Source of the DNA: the human T2T-CHM13v2.0 reference genome, Homo sapiens
NCBI RefSeq assembly: GCF_009914755.1
Contig: NC_060931.1
Strand: one strand, 5' to 3'
DNA: 64,000 nucleotides
Of this stretch, positions 1 to 11,120 are shown in pieces (position 1 is the first letter of the stretch; each line of letters begins with the position of its first letter). The notes beneath the pieces were generated by a model. The model was not told the DNA's origin and did no database searches. It saw only the letters and a program-made list of their open reading frames with translations. The translations under genes were made by a program, and so were the position numbers.

Positions 1-119
1 ATAGGAGTTGGGAACAAAACCATGGTTCTCTTACATGGGAATTTATTTTTTTGAGAAATACTTCCTTGCTTGCTAGGTGGTCCTGTTCCATTTTTCCTCC
101 ATGAATGTCAAGTGACAAT

Positions 120-313
120 GCTCTCTCAGCATAGACTGGGCATTATCTGATACACCAGTCCATAAAGATCAAGCATGTATGGTGGCAATTCATCATCAAA
201 TAGAAATGATTCATAAGAGATTGTACTCAAGTCAGGCAAGAAGGCACGAGAGGTGCCTACAATTCCCGCAATACCTACTGCTTCTCCATTGTCTCTTCTC
301 CTTCACTCTACAT
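120..313 (+). mobile_element. ERV-L (class III) internal pol remnant, 5' part
   Basis: ctgggcattatctgatacaccagtccataaag...catcatcaaatagaaatg resembles the HERV-L pol stretch upstream of RNase H; continues at 1385 after the MER11 insertion. Confidence 0.7.
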
Positions 314-1384
314 TGTTGCAGGAAGTCAGAGACCCCAGATGGAGGGACCGGCTGAAGCCATGGCAGAAGAATGTGGATTGTGAAGATTTCATAGACATTT
401 ATTAGTTCCCCAAATTAATGCTTTTATAATTTCTTATGCCTGTCTTTACTGCAATCTCTAAACATAAATTGTAAAGATTTCACGGACACTTATCATTTCC
501 CCAGTCAATACCCTTGTAATTTCCTATGCCTGTCTTTACTTTAGTCTCTCAATCCTGTCAGCTGAGGAGGATGTAAATTGCCTCAGGACCCCGTAATAAT
601 TGCATTAACTGCACAAATTGTACAGCATGTGTGTTTGAGCAATATGAAATGTGGGCACCTTAAAAAAAAGAACGGGATAACAGCAATTGTTCAGGGCATA
701 AGAGAGATAACCTTAAATTCTGACCACCGGTGAGCCAGGCGGAACAGAGCCATATTTCTCTTCTTTCAAAAGCAAATGGGAGAAATATCGCTGAATTCTT
801 TTTCTCAGCATGGAACATCCCTGAGAAAGAGAATGCCCACCTGAGGGTAGGTCTCTGAACTGGCCCCCCAGGCATGGTCGTCTCTTATGGTCGAGACTGC
901 AGAGGTGAGATAGACTCCAGTCTCCCATAGCGCTCCCAGGCTTATTAGGAAGAGGAAATTCCTGCCTAATAAATTTTGGTCAGACCAGTTGATCTCAAAA
1001 CCCTGTCTCCTGATAAGATGTTATCAATGACAATGGTGCCTGAAACTTTATTAGCAATTTTAATTTAGCCTCAGTCCTGTGGTCCTGTGATCTCACCCTG
1101 CCTCCACTTGCCTTGTGATATTCTGTTACCTTGTAAAGTACTTGATGTCTGTGACCCACACCTATTCACATACTCCCTCCCCTTTTGAAACTCCCTAATA
1201 AAAACTTGCTGGTTTTTGTGGCTTGTTGGGGCATCATGGAAACTACCGTCATGTGATGTCTCCCCCGAATGCCCAGCTTTAAATTTTCTCTCTTTTGTAC
1301 TCTGTCCCTTTATTTCTCAAGCTGGCCAATGCTTAAGGAAAATAGAAAAGAACCTACGTGAATATCGGGGCAGGTTCCCTGATA
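314..1384 (+). mobile_element. MER11 (B/C-type) solo LTR, HERV-K11/HML-8 family
   Basis: Begins tgttgcaggaagtcag, ends ttccctgata, near-consensus throughout; AATAAA at 1197-1202; 6-bp TSD ctacat at 308-313 and 1385-1390. Confidence 0.95.
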
Positions 1385-2045
1385 CTACATCTATGCCCTC
1401 ATGAAAAGTTCTGATGACCTATTGACAAGGGAAGAAAGAAAAACTCAGACTTTTAGTGATGGCTCTGCACTATATTCCTGAATCAACAGGAAGTGAACTT
1501 TGTAGCATCATAGTTCCATTCAGAAGTATCCGTGAAAAGCAGTGGTGGAGAGAAATTCTTTCAAGAGAAAAATTTTGAACCATAAATACGATTTTTCAAT
1601 TTGTCTGGACTAACTGGATGGCCTGAGTATGTGTCTATCCTGATGCATGTTAGAGTAGTTAACAGTCCAACAAGATTTTTAGTGACTTGGAAAGGAGAGA
1701 TTAGAGGATTAGTGAGAAGGTTTGGAGAAGAGACATGTAGATGAACCATTGCAACAGGGACAGCATATAAAGATCTTTGTAGCCCATGTTAATGTTTGTC
1801 AAAGGCATTCACTGTCAAGGAGTCTTTCAAAACTCAGTTGGAAAGGATAATATGCTTTATTGTTCTCAGACAATCTCCTTCCTCAGCCACTCAATAGTTG
1901 TTCAGTGGATCATGGACATACTAAAATTGTCTATGGTGACTGCTCTTCATGGGTCAACAAATGAACATTTCCTCATCAATTCTAATCTTTATATTGCTAC
2001 TATTGCTACTTAGTCTGCCAACATCAGAAACCAAAACTGATCAGC
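1385..2045 (+). mobile_element. ERV-L internal pol remnant (RNase H region), degraded
   Basis: Translates FSDGSALY at 1452-1475 (HERV-L FTDGSARY) and KIFVAHVNVCQ at ~1770-1802 (HERV-L KIFVSHVSAHQ); many stops and frameshifts. Confidence 0.8.
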
Positions 2046-2049
2046 ATTC

Positions 2050-2645
2050 CTCAGGAGTGGTAGAAAGACTGGCCAGATTCTGCTATGTGACACCAAAGAG
2101 AAGATTCCCACAAATAGGCAGAACTATGAGACTGTAAGGCAAGAGGTTGGAAGATGGATTTAGTCCCTCATAGTTTCTTTCTATTCTCATCAGCATTCAT
2201 CCCAGCTATAGTCCTTCATCCCAGAAGCAATAGTTCCTAGTCCCTGGCTATTTTGATATTCCTAGGACCAGCCTGATCATAGCCCATCAAAGCTACCAGC
2301 CACAGACAAAATGTCCTCTTCTCACAGGTCTGAGCCCAAGCTTTTCAAGGATCTTCCTTTGATATTCTGCCAACATCAGCCAACAACAATTATCTCTTAA
2401 ATGTGTGAATTCCAGTTTGACAAGCCCCTCCTTCATGTTTCTAGCCTATAATATCCCCAAACTCTTCCTATTTTTCCCTAGCCGTGGTGGTGATCATTTC
2501 TTCCTGCAATTATTATCTCTGTGGGACTTCAGTGTCCTTTCTGTTAAGTCTCCAAAATCTTTTTAAATTAATCCCTACATTAAATTATTTCTACACAAAC
2601 ACCGACTATGATTTCTGTGTCTCTGACTAGAACTAGAAAATACAA
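2050..2645 (+). mobile_element. ERVL LTR, LTR41-like
   Basis: 3' part ttcttcctgcaattattatctctgtggg...tgatttctgtgtctctgactagaactagaaaataca matches the LTR41/LTR33-type 3' end. Confidence 0.6.
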
Positions 2646-2699
2646 TGAGAAGGTCCATATTCATAATCTTATTCCGCATCGGATGTCTGAAAATTTTTA

Positions 2700-3850
2700 G
2701 CGCCACCTTGTCTATAAGCATGAAAAAGGCTTTGAAAATAATGAGGTTTTTATTTCAACTATGAAGACTCAGATGATGGAGAAACTCTATGAATGTAATA
2801 ATGAATGTGGGAAGGAGAAACTCTATGAATATAATAATGAATATGGGAAAACTTGCAATTTAAGTCAGCCCTCAATGATTATCAGAGAACATAAAAATAC
2901 AGGGTGAAAGAGCCCTAAAAATATAATGAAAGTGACGAACATCTTCCATTTGAAATTTATCTCACTAAAAATTAGCCAACACCTACTGAGGATAAATCCA
3001 ATGATTGTCACATATGTGGAAAAATCTAACTACAGCCAGCATCAACATTTATTACAAACAAAACAGAAAAAGTGTATGAATGTACTAATCGAGATAAAAC
3101 TTTTCATGTGAACACATATGTCACTTTACATAAGAGAACATACACAAGGAAGAAACATATAAATGTAATAAATGTGGGAATGCCTTTAGCAAAGAGTTTC
3201 ATGTCATTATTTATTGAAACACTCACATCAATGACATCTTTAGACCCAGGAAACTGGTGGTTTTTCTCAAGTACCATAATTTGAAAGGCTGCTTTTGATC
3301 TTCTTCAAGCCATAGCCTTCCATGGTGCCTGAGCCCATAGAACCTAAAAACCTGTGGCATCTGTTCTAAAATATGCTTTCTGTATCCCAGAACTCATAAC
3401 CTCCTGTCCAAATAGCCCAGAGCCAATTGTAGGGCTTGCAGCCTGTTACTCAAGTTTGTCCTCCAGGAACAGAGGACATGCAACAGTATGTAATCCTTTA
3501 GGCTTATATAATGGACAGGAAAAGACTTTTGGAAAAAGCATGAATATACACAATGGAGTGCCACATGCCCTCGCAAAAGGCCTCTGACAAGTCAGGATTA
3601 TTCTTGATATGAGAAGAGAGGGGGCAGGTAGGATCCAGGCCCAGAGGAATTCAGCCACCTAGTGATATCGCCTACGAATGCAAGAACCAACACACAGGCA
3701 CTGATGAATGAGAGAATTAAAATAGGAGTAAAATGTCATAAACATTTGAAAGCGTGAATGTGTTCAATGATAAATCAAAACCTATTCTATATCAAAAGAT
3801 TCATGCTTGGGAAAAATCTTATCAAATATGATATTATGAAAAAATATAAC
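2700..3850 (+). pseudogene. Highly degraded C2H2 (KRAB-ZNF-type) zinc-finger array remnant, interrupted at ~3240-3670
   Basis: EKLYECNNECGK (2779-2814); LHKRTYT plus frameshifted YKCNKCGNAFS (~3127-3191); YQKIHAWEKSY (~3790-3823); all resemble the HTGEKPYxCxxCGKxF linker; no open frame. Confidence 0.75.
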
Positions 3851-4419
3851 TTTTCTGCTAGATATAATTTTGTTATAAATCATGTTTCAGGTGTGATACC
3901 AAACTTTTTATAGAAAATTTCATACTTTTTTCATTAATAGGTTTAGTCACTGTGAAATATGAAGCTATTTAAAAAGAATGTGAATAATTTAAATGTCAGG
4001 CCATATATGTTAGACATATACATAAATTATTCTTGGAATAATAATTTATACAACAAAAATATAGCTATATTGGATTTGCTTGTTAATCCACCTAACCATA
4101 ACTATGAAATTAATATTGTAACTGGATAAATTTATTAGTATTTTCTACATTAATATCACCAGTATAGTATAATATACAGTGAAAATAAAATAACATTTAA
4201 GTACTTTAAACTGTCATTCCACAAACCTTTTCTCCTATTACTTTTTGGCAAATATAAGTAGCTCTGACTAACTAACTAAATTGTACCTTCAATAAGAATC
4301 TACCACTTTGTTAAAGTTGAAAAAAAAAGAAGTTTGAATGAAAAATACACAGCAAAACATATCATAAATTCAAAGTTTCAGGGCTAAAATTAAAGATATT
4401 GTCAAGAGGTGTTTTTGAA

Positions 4420-4950
4420 ACACATTGTACTAAAACCTAGATTAAGGACAAGACTTGGCAGTAAAAAGATAACTAAGTAAATACTGTATCTCAGGGAGAG
4501 ATTGGAGACTTATCTCCTTGGTGGCATGTGTTATCTTCCAAAGGGGAATGAAAGCTGGGGCCATGGAGATATTCCAGCAGTTGTAACCAGTAGAAATTTG
4601 CTGTATCCATTCCCAACCTTGCAGTTGTTTATTTATATTCCAGAAGGTGAAGACTAAGGATATTTGCCTTATCTTTCCATTGAATATTTGTTAACTGAAG
4701 GAATAAAATGTTTGTTTCATTTCTCCGGAGGACAAAAGAAACAGTTGTCCTTCTATATAATGTTTCAGATTCATATTTTTGGGGTTCCTCATTTAGAGTA
4801 TAGATCAATGTACATGTAAGATGACAGGTATGTGTATTTCCTCACATCACCCAAGAATAGAAAATAATTAGTGAACCAAAGCAGTAATTAATATAAGTAA
4901 TAATATGTTCACGCCCCAGAAACCTTGTGTCTACTTTCAGAATAATACAG
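4420..4950 (+). mobile_element. Old ERVL LTR, LTR40-like
   Basis: tatataatgtttcagattc...ggggttcctc...agtaataat...ccccagaaaccttgtgtct resembles the LTR40 R/U5 region. Confidence 0.45.
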
Positions 4951-4974
4951 ATATAGATATTAAAAACTTAACTG

Positions 4975-6500
4975 GTTTCTTTAAGCAGTGTTTTGTGGTT
5001 CTCCTTATGGGAATCTTTCACCTTCTTGGTTAGATTAATTCTTAGATATTTCATTTTCTTTGTGGCTACTGTAAGCGGGATTGTGTTCTTGATTTGGTTC
5101 TTACTTAGAATATTATTATTGATAGAAATGCTACTGATTTTCCTACATTGATTTCATATCCTGAAACTTTACTGAATTCATTTATAAGCTCCAGGTGCCT
5201 TTTGGCAGAGTCTTTAGCATTTTCTCTGTATAAACTCATATTGTCAGCAAGAGAGATAGCTTGACTTATTATTTTTTCCTATTTTGACACATTTCATGTC
5301 TTTCTCTTGCCTGATTGCTCTGGCTAGGACTTCCATCATTATGTTGAGTAGGAGTGGCGAGAGTGGGTATCCTTGTCTTGATCCAGTTCTCAGGGGGAAA
5401 GGTTCCAGCTTTTGCCCATTCGTTGTGATGTTGGCTGTGGGTTTATCATAGATGGCTCTTATTATTTTGAGGTACGATCCTTTGATGCCTAGACTGTTGA
5501 GGGTTTTTATCACAAAGGGATGTTGGAGTTTATCAAAGATTTTCCGAGTCTATTGAGATGATCACAGGGTTTTCGTTTTTGATTCTGTTTATGTGATGAA
5601 TCACATTTATTCATGTATGTTGAACCAAACTTGCATCCCAGAAATAAAGCCTACTTGATTTTGATGAATTAACTTTTTGATGTGTTGCTGGATTTGGTTT
5701 GCTAGTATTCTGTTGAGAATCACTGCATCTATGTTTATCAGGGATATTGGTCTGAAGTTTTCCTTTTTCATTGTCTCTGCCATATGTTGGTATCTGGATG
5801 ATGCTGACTTCATAGAATGGGTTAGGGAGAAGTCTGTCCTCCTCAATTTTTTAGAAAAGTTTTAGTAGAAGTGGTATTAGTTCTTCTTTGTCCATCAGGT
5901 AAAATTTGGCTGCAAATCCATCTGCTCCAGTGCTTTTTTTGATTGGTAGGTTTTTTATTACTGATTCAATTTCAGACTTCCTATTGGTCTATTCAGATTT
6001 TCACTTTCTTCCTGATTTAATCTTATGAGGTTGTGTGTCTGAGAATTTATCCATTTCCTCTAGATTTTCTAATTTGTGTGCATAGAGGTAATCATAGTAG
6101 TCCCTAAGGATCTTTTATATTTCTGTGGGATTGATTATAATATCATCTTTGTCGTTTCTAATTGTGCTCATTTGGATCATCTCTTTCTTTAATTTAGCTA
6201 ATAGTCTATCAATTTTGTTTATTTTTTTAAAAAAAAACTATTGGTTTTATTGATCTTTTGTATGGACTTTTAGGTCTCAATTTCATTCCATTCTTCTCGA
6301 TTTTAGTTATTTCTTTTCTTCTACTATCTTTGGGGTGGAACTGTTCTTTTTTTCCGTAGTTCCTCTGGTTGTAATGTTAGGTCATTAATTTAAGATTTCT
6401 AACCTCTTGATGAAAGTGTTTAATGCTATAAGTTTTCTTCTTAACACTGCTTTAGCTATGTCCCAAAGGTTTTGATAATTTGCATCTCTACATTCATTTA
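4975..6500 (-). mobile_element. L1 (old L1PA/L1PB) ORF2 fragment, RT region
   Basis: Minus-strand ORFs 5244-5513 ([14 protein letters not shown]...[12 protein letters not shown]) and 5607-5846 ([14 protein letters not shown]...[14 protein letters not shown]) are L1 RT; frameshifted. Confidence 0.93.
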
Positions 6501-6814
6501 TTAAAGAAAAAAATCTTAGCTGATATTGCCTTCCTAGTTCCTGTTCCGGATAGTCTCAAATTACCCATTATTAAATTGTGAGAGAAAAATTTAAAGGGAC
6601 GAAATGAAACAGATGGAAGAAGTGTGCTTATAAAAGAACTATAGATGAGATTGCTGCATGTAGAAATGAAAGTAATCTAAAAAATGGGAAGCCTTTTGAG
6701 ATTATGAGTAAGTTTTACTCTCAAGTAAATCATATTGTGTCTTTAAAAGCCTGATTGTTCATTGCTTAAAACAGCTCTTGACTCTACAATCCTTGTGGAG
6801 TAGCCACAAAGGAT

Positions 6815-6888
6815 TTACAGTAGCCACAAAGAAAATGAAATATCTAAGAATTCATCTAAACAAGAAGGTAAAAGATTCCCACAAGGAG
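6815..6888 (+). repeat. 74-bp inverted copy of L1 segment 5001-5074
   Basis: Reverse complement of 5001-5074 with 4 mismatches. Confidence 0.9.
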
Positions 6889-7149
6889 TGGGCAGAAATT
6901 AAATTGAAAAATCTATGCAGCCACCAAGGAAAACAAAAGCCTGACATCCACTTTAAATGTACCTAAGATCGATAGAAAGAGTCTCCAGATAGACAAAATC
7001 TGGAAGCCTCAGAATCAAGGGCAAATAAAGATATTTTGTCTTCTCAGAGTCTAACCTCAGGACTCCCCACACTCCTAAGGTAAGGAATTTTCACAGTACC
7101 TGCCCAGCAGAATTTCAGAATTGTTTTACACCAGTGATATACAGTACCC

Positions 7150-7759
7150 AAAAGAAAAACAGAGATATTTATTGGTCACCAAACATCCATGTGTTCTAGT
7201 TTTCTCAGCCCCTTTGCAGTTAGAAAAACTGTGCTATACGTTTTAAGCAACAGACTGTAAGCAGAAAAGATATGAGTTACTTTCTGGCGGTGCAACAAAG
7301 GAATTAAAAGCTAGTTCGCTCTTCTCCACTATGGTCATCTAAGGGCCAGATGGTGTTCCTACATAATACGACTTGGGTCCCATACCTTAGAAGAAAGCTA
7401 CTCTTGAGAACTGTTGAACTGATTGCAAACTTTGCATGAGTGAGAAATAAGTATTGTACTATGTTAAACTACTGAAATTTGGAGGTTTTGTTGCCAAAAC
7501 ATTGCCTATCCCTCCAGGTCTCCATCAGGAGCAATTCCGCCACTCCTGCCTCCCAGAGACCTTTGGCCATGTCTGAAGATATTTTTGGTTGTCACAACTA
7601 AGAAGAACATGCTACTGGCCTCCAGTGGGTAAAGGTCAGGGATGTTGCTAAATAACCTGCAATGCACAGGAAAGCCCCCCAAACAAAGAATTACGTGGCC
7701 CAAAATGTCAACAGTACCACTATTGATAAACCCTGACCATGTCAAACCTGACTAACACA
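7150..7759 (+). mobile_element. MLT1-family (MaLR) LTR, interrupted by MER20; MaLR-internal-like sequence just upstream (~7000-7137)
   Basis: tttctcagcccctttgcagttag...gagaaataag...tgttaaactactgaaatttggagg...cctgactaacaca. Confidence 0.65.
7515..7735 (+). mobile_element. MER20 (hAT-Charlie)
   Basis: atgtctgaagatatttttggttgtcacaact...gctactggc...gggatgttgctaaa...ggcccaaaatgtcaacagt...aaaccctg. Confidence 0.88.
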
Positions 7760-7854
7760 ACATTGAAATGGCCCATGACATATCATTCAGTGAAAAGTTG
7801 CATATTTATTCTGATAAAATTTATATACCATTTTGAGAGTACGTGAATCTCTGC

Positions 7855-8325
7855 ATCCACTCATGCATATGTTCTATTCTTCCCATAGTAATCAGAGTAA
7901 TTTTTCATTTCAAATGTAAAGCAAATCACATCACTTTCCTGCTAAAAATTTGCAAGGATATCAGTCACACTTATAATAAAATCTCTACTTTGTACCTCGG
8001 CCTAGGAGACACCTGCCCTCCTACCTAATCCAACATCATTGCTATCCCTCTGGTCCATTTTTATAGGCCTTTCTACTGTCCTTCTAACTCGCCAAGAACA
8101 TTCCTGCCTTGGAGCTGGAGGATTTTGTTTTATTCCTGATCTGTTTATTTTCCAGACAGTTGACAACTCTCTCCTCAAGTGAGGATTCTGCTTCAATGTC
8201 TTCTCCTCAGAGGGTTCTTCTCTGATTACCCTTACCTGAAACAGACCCCTACCTCAGTTATCCAGGGATTTTTACTTTCTTATCATTTTGTACATCGTTT
8301 AATTTTCTGTGGCACATGTGTTACC
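7855..8325 (+). mobile_element. L2 fragment
   Basis: cagagtaatttttc...aaatcacatcactttcctgctaaaa...tctgcttcaatgtcttctcctcagaggg resembles the L2 3' region. Confidence 0.65.
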
Positions 8326-9539
8326 TTTTGGAAACCAGTTTTTCTTTTCAAATTTGAAGGACGTATGCAAAGGTTGAATTTTGGAGGTGGTTCCTCTATT
8401 ACATCCATAAATAGAGAACATTTGTGAGAAATTTCACATTTTGGCCTGTTATACTTCCTTGGAATCAAATGCAGCATCCTAGGTTCGTCTAGTTTTGTAT
8501 TTCAATAAGGATTTCTTCGGTGAATATTAAATCCATTTGAGTAAATAAAGGAGTAGAAGAAACATTCCCTAATACCTCAAAAAGTTTCAACTTAAAGTAC
8601 CAGGATCAAGATAAATACTTTTTTAAAGTCCCACAAATAACACGTGGTTATAAAATAATAAGATTTCTACCCAGACTCAAACTTCAGAACAGCTCTTAGA
8701 AACTACAAGCAGTCCTATATTCAGCACTAATGGGCTCTGAATGAACTCTAAAACAATGATAAGGAAAACATGAATTTGTCCTAATGAGAAACTCTGGGTA
8801 CAAGGCATGTTTGAGATAATTTAAAAATAATGGGCATTGAGTATTAAGAAAGGATGTTAATCTTCACTAATGAATGAGACTGTATTACAATGTTATAATT
8901 AAAATGCCTGTAGTTTCTTTTTAAAATTACAAGCTTAAACAAATTATGTAAGCTTTATGGGAAAGTCCAATCACAGTGTACCTCTGAAGAAAAATCCATA
9001 GTGTATATGGGCAGTAAATGAAAGAGAACATGCTTTCCTCATATACCAGAATGAGAAATTTTCAAGGGATGAAAACAATATTGAAACTAAAACAGTGTGC
9101 GTTATCAGATTATAAACAGTTGTAATAAAAACAATATCCTAAACAAATAATGTAAAAATAAAAAACTTTCAAGTACTGTTCTTGGAATAGCTCAGTTAGT
9201 GTGTTCAGATTTTTTTCATTATGTCTAATAGGAGAGGAAAATACATATGGAAGGCTGAAAAGCATTGCAATTTTTTTAAAAAACTAGATACTATTGACAA
9301 AATTGATACAGAATTCTCAAGCAAGACCCATGTTAGCATGTCTATTAGATTTGTAACTTTAAGAACATGCCTACCAAAATACGGAAACATTTACAAAAAC
9401 TACAGCTCCCTTAAAGAGGTAAAATGCCTATTTATGTAAATGATCATTCAATCAAAATAGAACAAATAATATTGAGATGATTTGTCCAAGTATCTGAGCA
9501 GGTAATGAAATCAAATTCAATAAGTCTGTAATGTGACGA

Positions 9540-9960
9540 AGCTATATTTAATCGATTTTTTTTTTTTTTTTTTACTTAGTAGACTTATGCCATTGAATGA
9601 TGTGAATATAAACAGAATACAATAGATGCTTTCTATTAAGGTTTTATTAATGGTTTTGACATGATTTCCCCTGATATTTGACCTTCAAAATTAGTACAAA
9701 TTATTTTAGATATGAACTCAATCCTAAAAATGGAAAACTGATTTTCGGATTAAGCAAAAGTTAACCACAAATTAATATTAATGGAGCCAACTGGATAAGG
9801 CTTCAATCAGCTCACATTAGCAGTGAACTTTGGGATTGGAAAGCATTGGATTTAATGGTAAACAAAGCATTTAGTTGAGTACTTACTAATGGGCAAAAAA
9901 TGAGGTTTAATTACATTTGCTGATTATATTAAAATGGGAAAGTGGTGAGAAATGACAGAA
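9540..9960 (+). mobile_element. Ancient CR1/L3 LINE reverse-transcriptase fragment
   Basis: One frame from 9616 reads NTIDAFY*GFINGFDMISPDI*PSKLVQIILDMNSILKMEN*F (CR1: [32 protein letters not shown]...WIENWL); LITFADYIKMG at 9907-9939 (CR1: LIKFADDTKLG). Confidence 0.75.
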
Positions 9961-10264
9961 GGTATTGTGCTGGGTTTTAGCAAAAATGAAATTCTAGGTG
10001 TGGGAGACAGGTAATTTAAACTAATATTGATTGGGATTCTGTCTCAGTGAGTTGATATTCAGGAGCTTGTTTTATGTAGTTTGTTCTAAAGGAGTCATTT
10101 TTCTTGCCTGAGAAAAGCAACAATGATAAAAAAGTAGGCAGATTTGGAGGCTGTTTATAATTCTATATTTTGTGAATTCATAAAACTTATTTTAATGTAG
10201 AAGTTGCTTGACAGACTTTAGGTGGTCAAAAAGGGTCAAAATGGAAGTAAAAATATAATTTGGT

Positions 10265-10960
10265 CATTTATTTATTCTACGCATATTTATCTTGCCTAAT
10301 CTGTGCCAAGCACTGTTCTAACAGTTTAGAATATTGGTGAACAAAACAGACTAATTCCTGACACTCCATGAAACTTAAATTCTAGCAAAATTATTTCCTC
10401 TTGGGTTTTTTTTTCCTTTCCTGTTGACACCATAGAATGTTTCATAGGAAGGCATGATAGCCATCCCCCATGCTATGAGACTAGAGTCGGAGACAGGAAT
10501 TAGCATTTATGCAGCATCTACTGGTGTTCTGAGTTGGATCTTAAGGGGATGCAGAGATGAAAACCACCTACAGCTGCTGGGAAGTATTTAGGGACAACAA
10601 GTTGTCAACAAGAGTTACTTGAGACTTGATAAGAAATTCTTTTAACAGGTAGATAAGGGAAGAGAGACCTAGAAGGAGAGAATAGCATATGCAAATACAG
10701 AGGGGCATGAGAAAGTATGACATATTCCATGCAACACAAAGAATGGTAAAAGATGAAGGTAGGCAAAGGCCAGATCATAAGGAGCCTTGCACAGCATGCA
10801 AATAAATTTAGAATGATAGCATTGTGAAAGGGGACTCATTGAAGGATTTGTGACAGGGAAATAACATCAGATTTGTATGAGGCTCATGCTGGTGAAGAAG
10901 AAAATGAGCCTAGGTACAGGGAACTGATAAGTCTATTGCAGCAGCCCTGGGTACAGATGA
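10265..10960 (-). mobile_element. L2 fragments (3' end and adjacent)
   Basis: catttatttattc...tgtgccaagcactgttcta...ggtgaacaaaacagac; aggccagatcataaggagccttg. Confidence 0.7.
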
Positions 10961-10964
10961 AAAA

Positions 10965-11120
10965 CCTGTCATCCAATATGGGAGCTACTAGTCACATGCG
11001 CTATATAAATGCAAATTGAAGCTGAATGAAATTGAAAATCTAGTCTCTCAATCATATTAATCATATTTCACCTATTGTATAATGCAAATGTGGAACATTT
11101 CTATCATCCCAAGCATTCTA
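10965..11120 (-). mobile_element. MER3-like hAT element (partial)
   Basis: tccaatatgggagctactagtcacatg...ggaacatttctatcatc. Confidence 0.6.
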
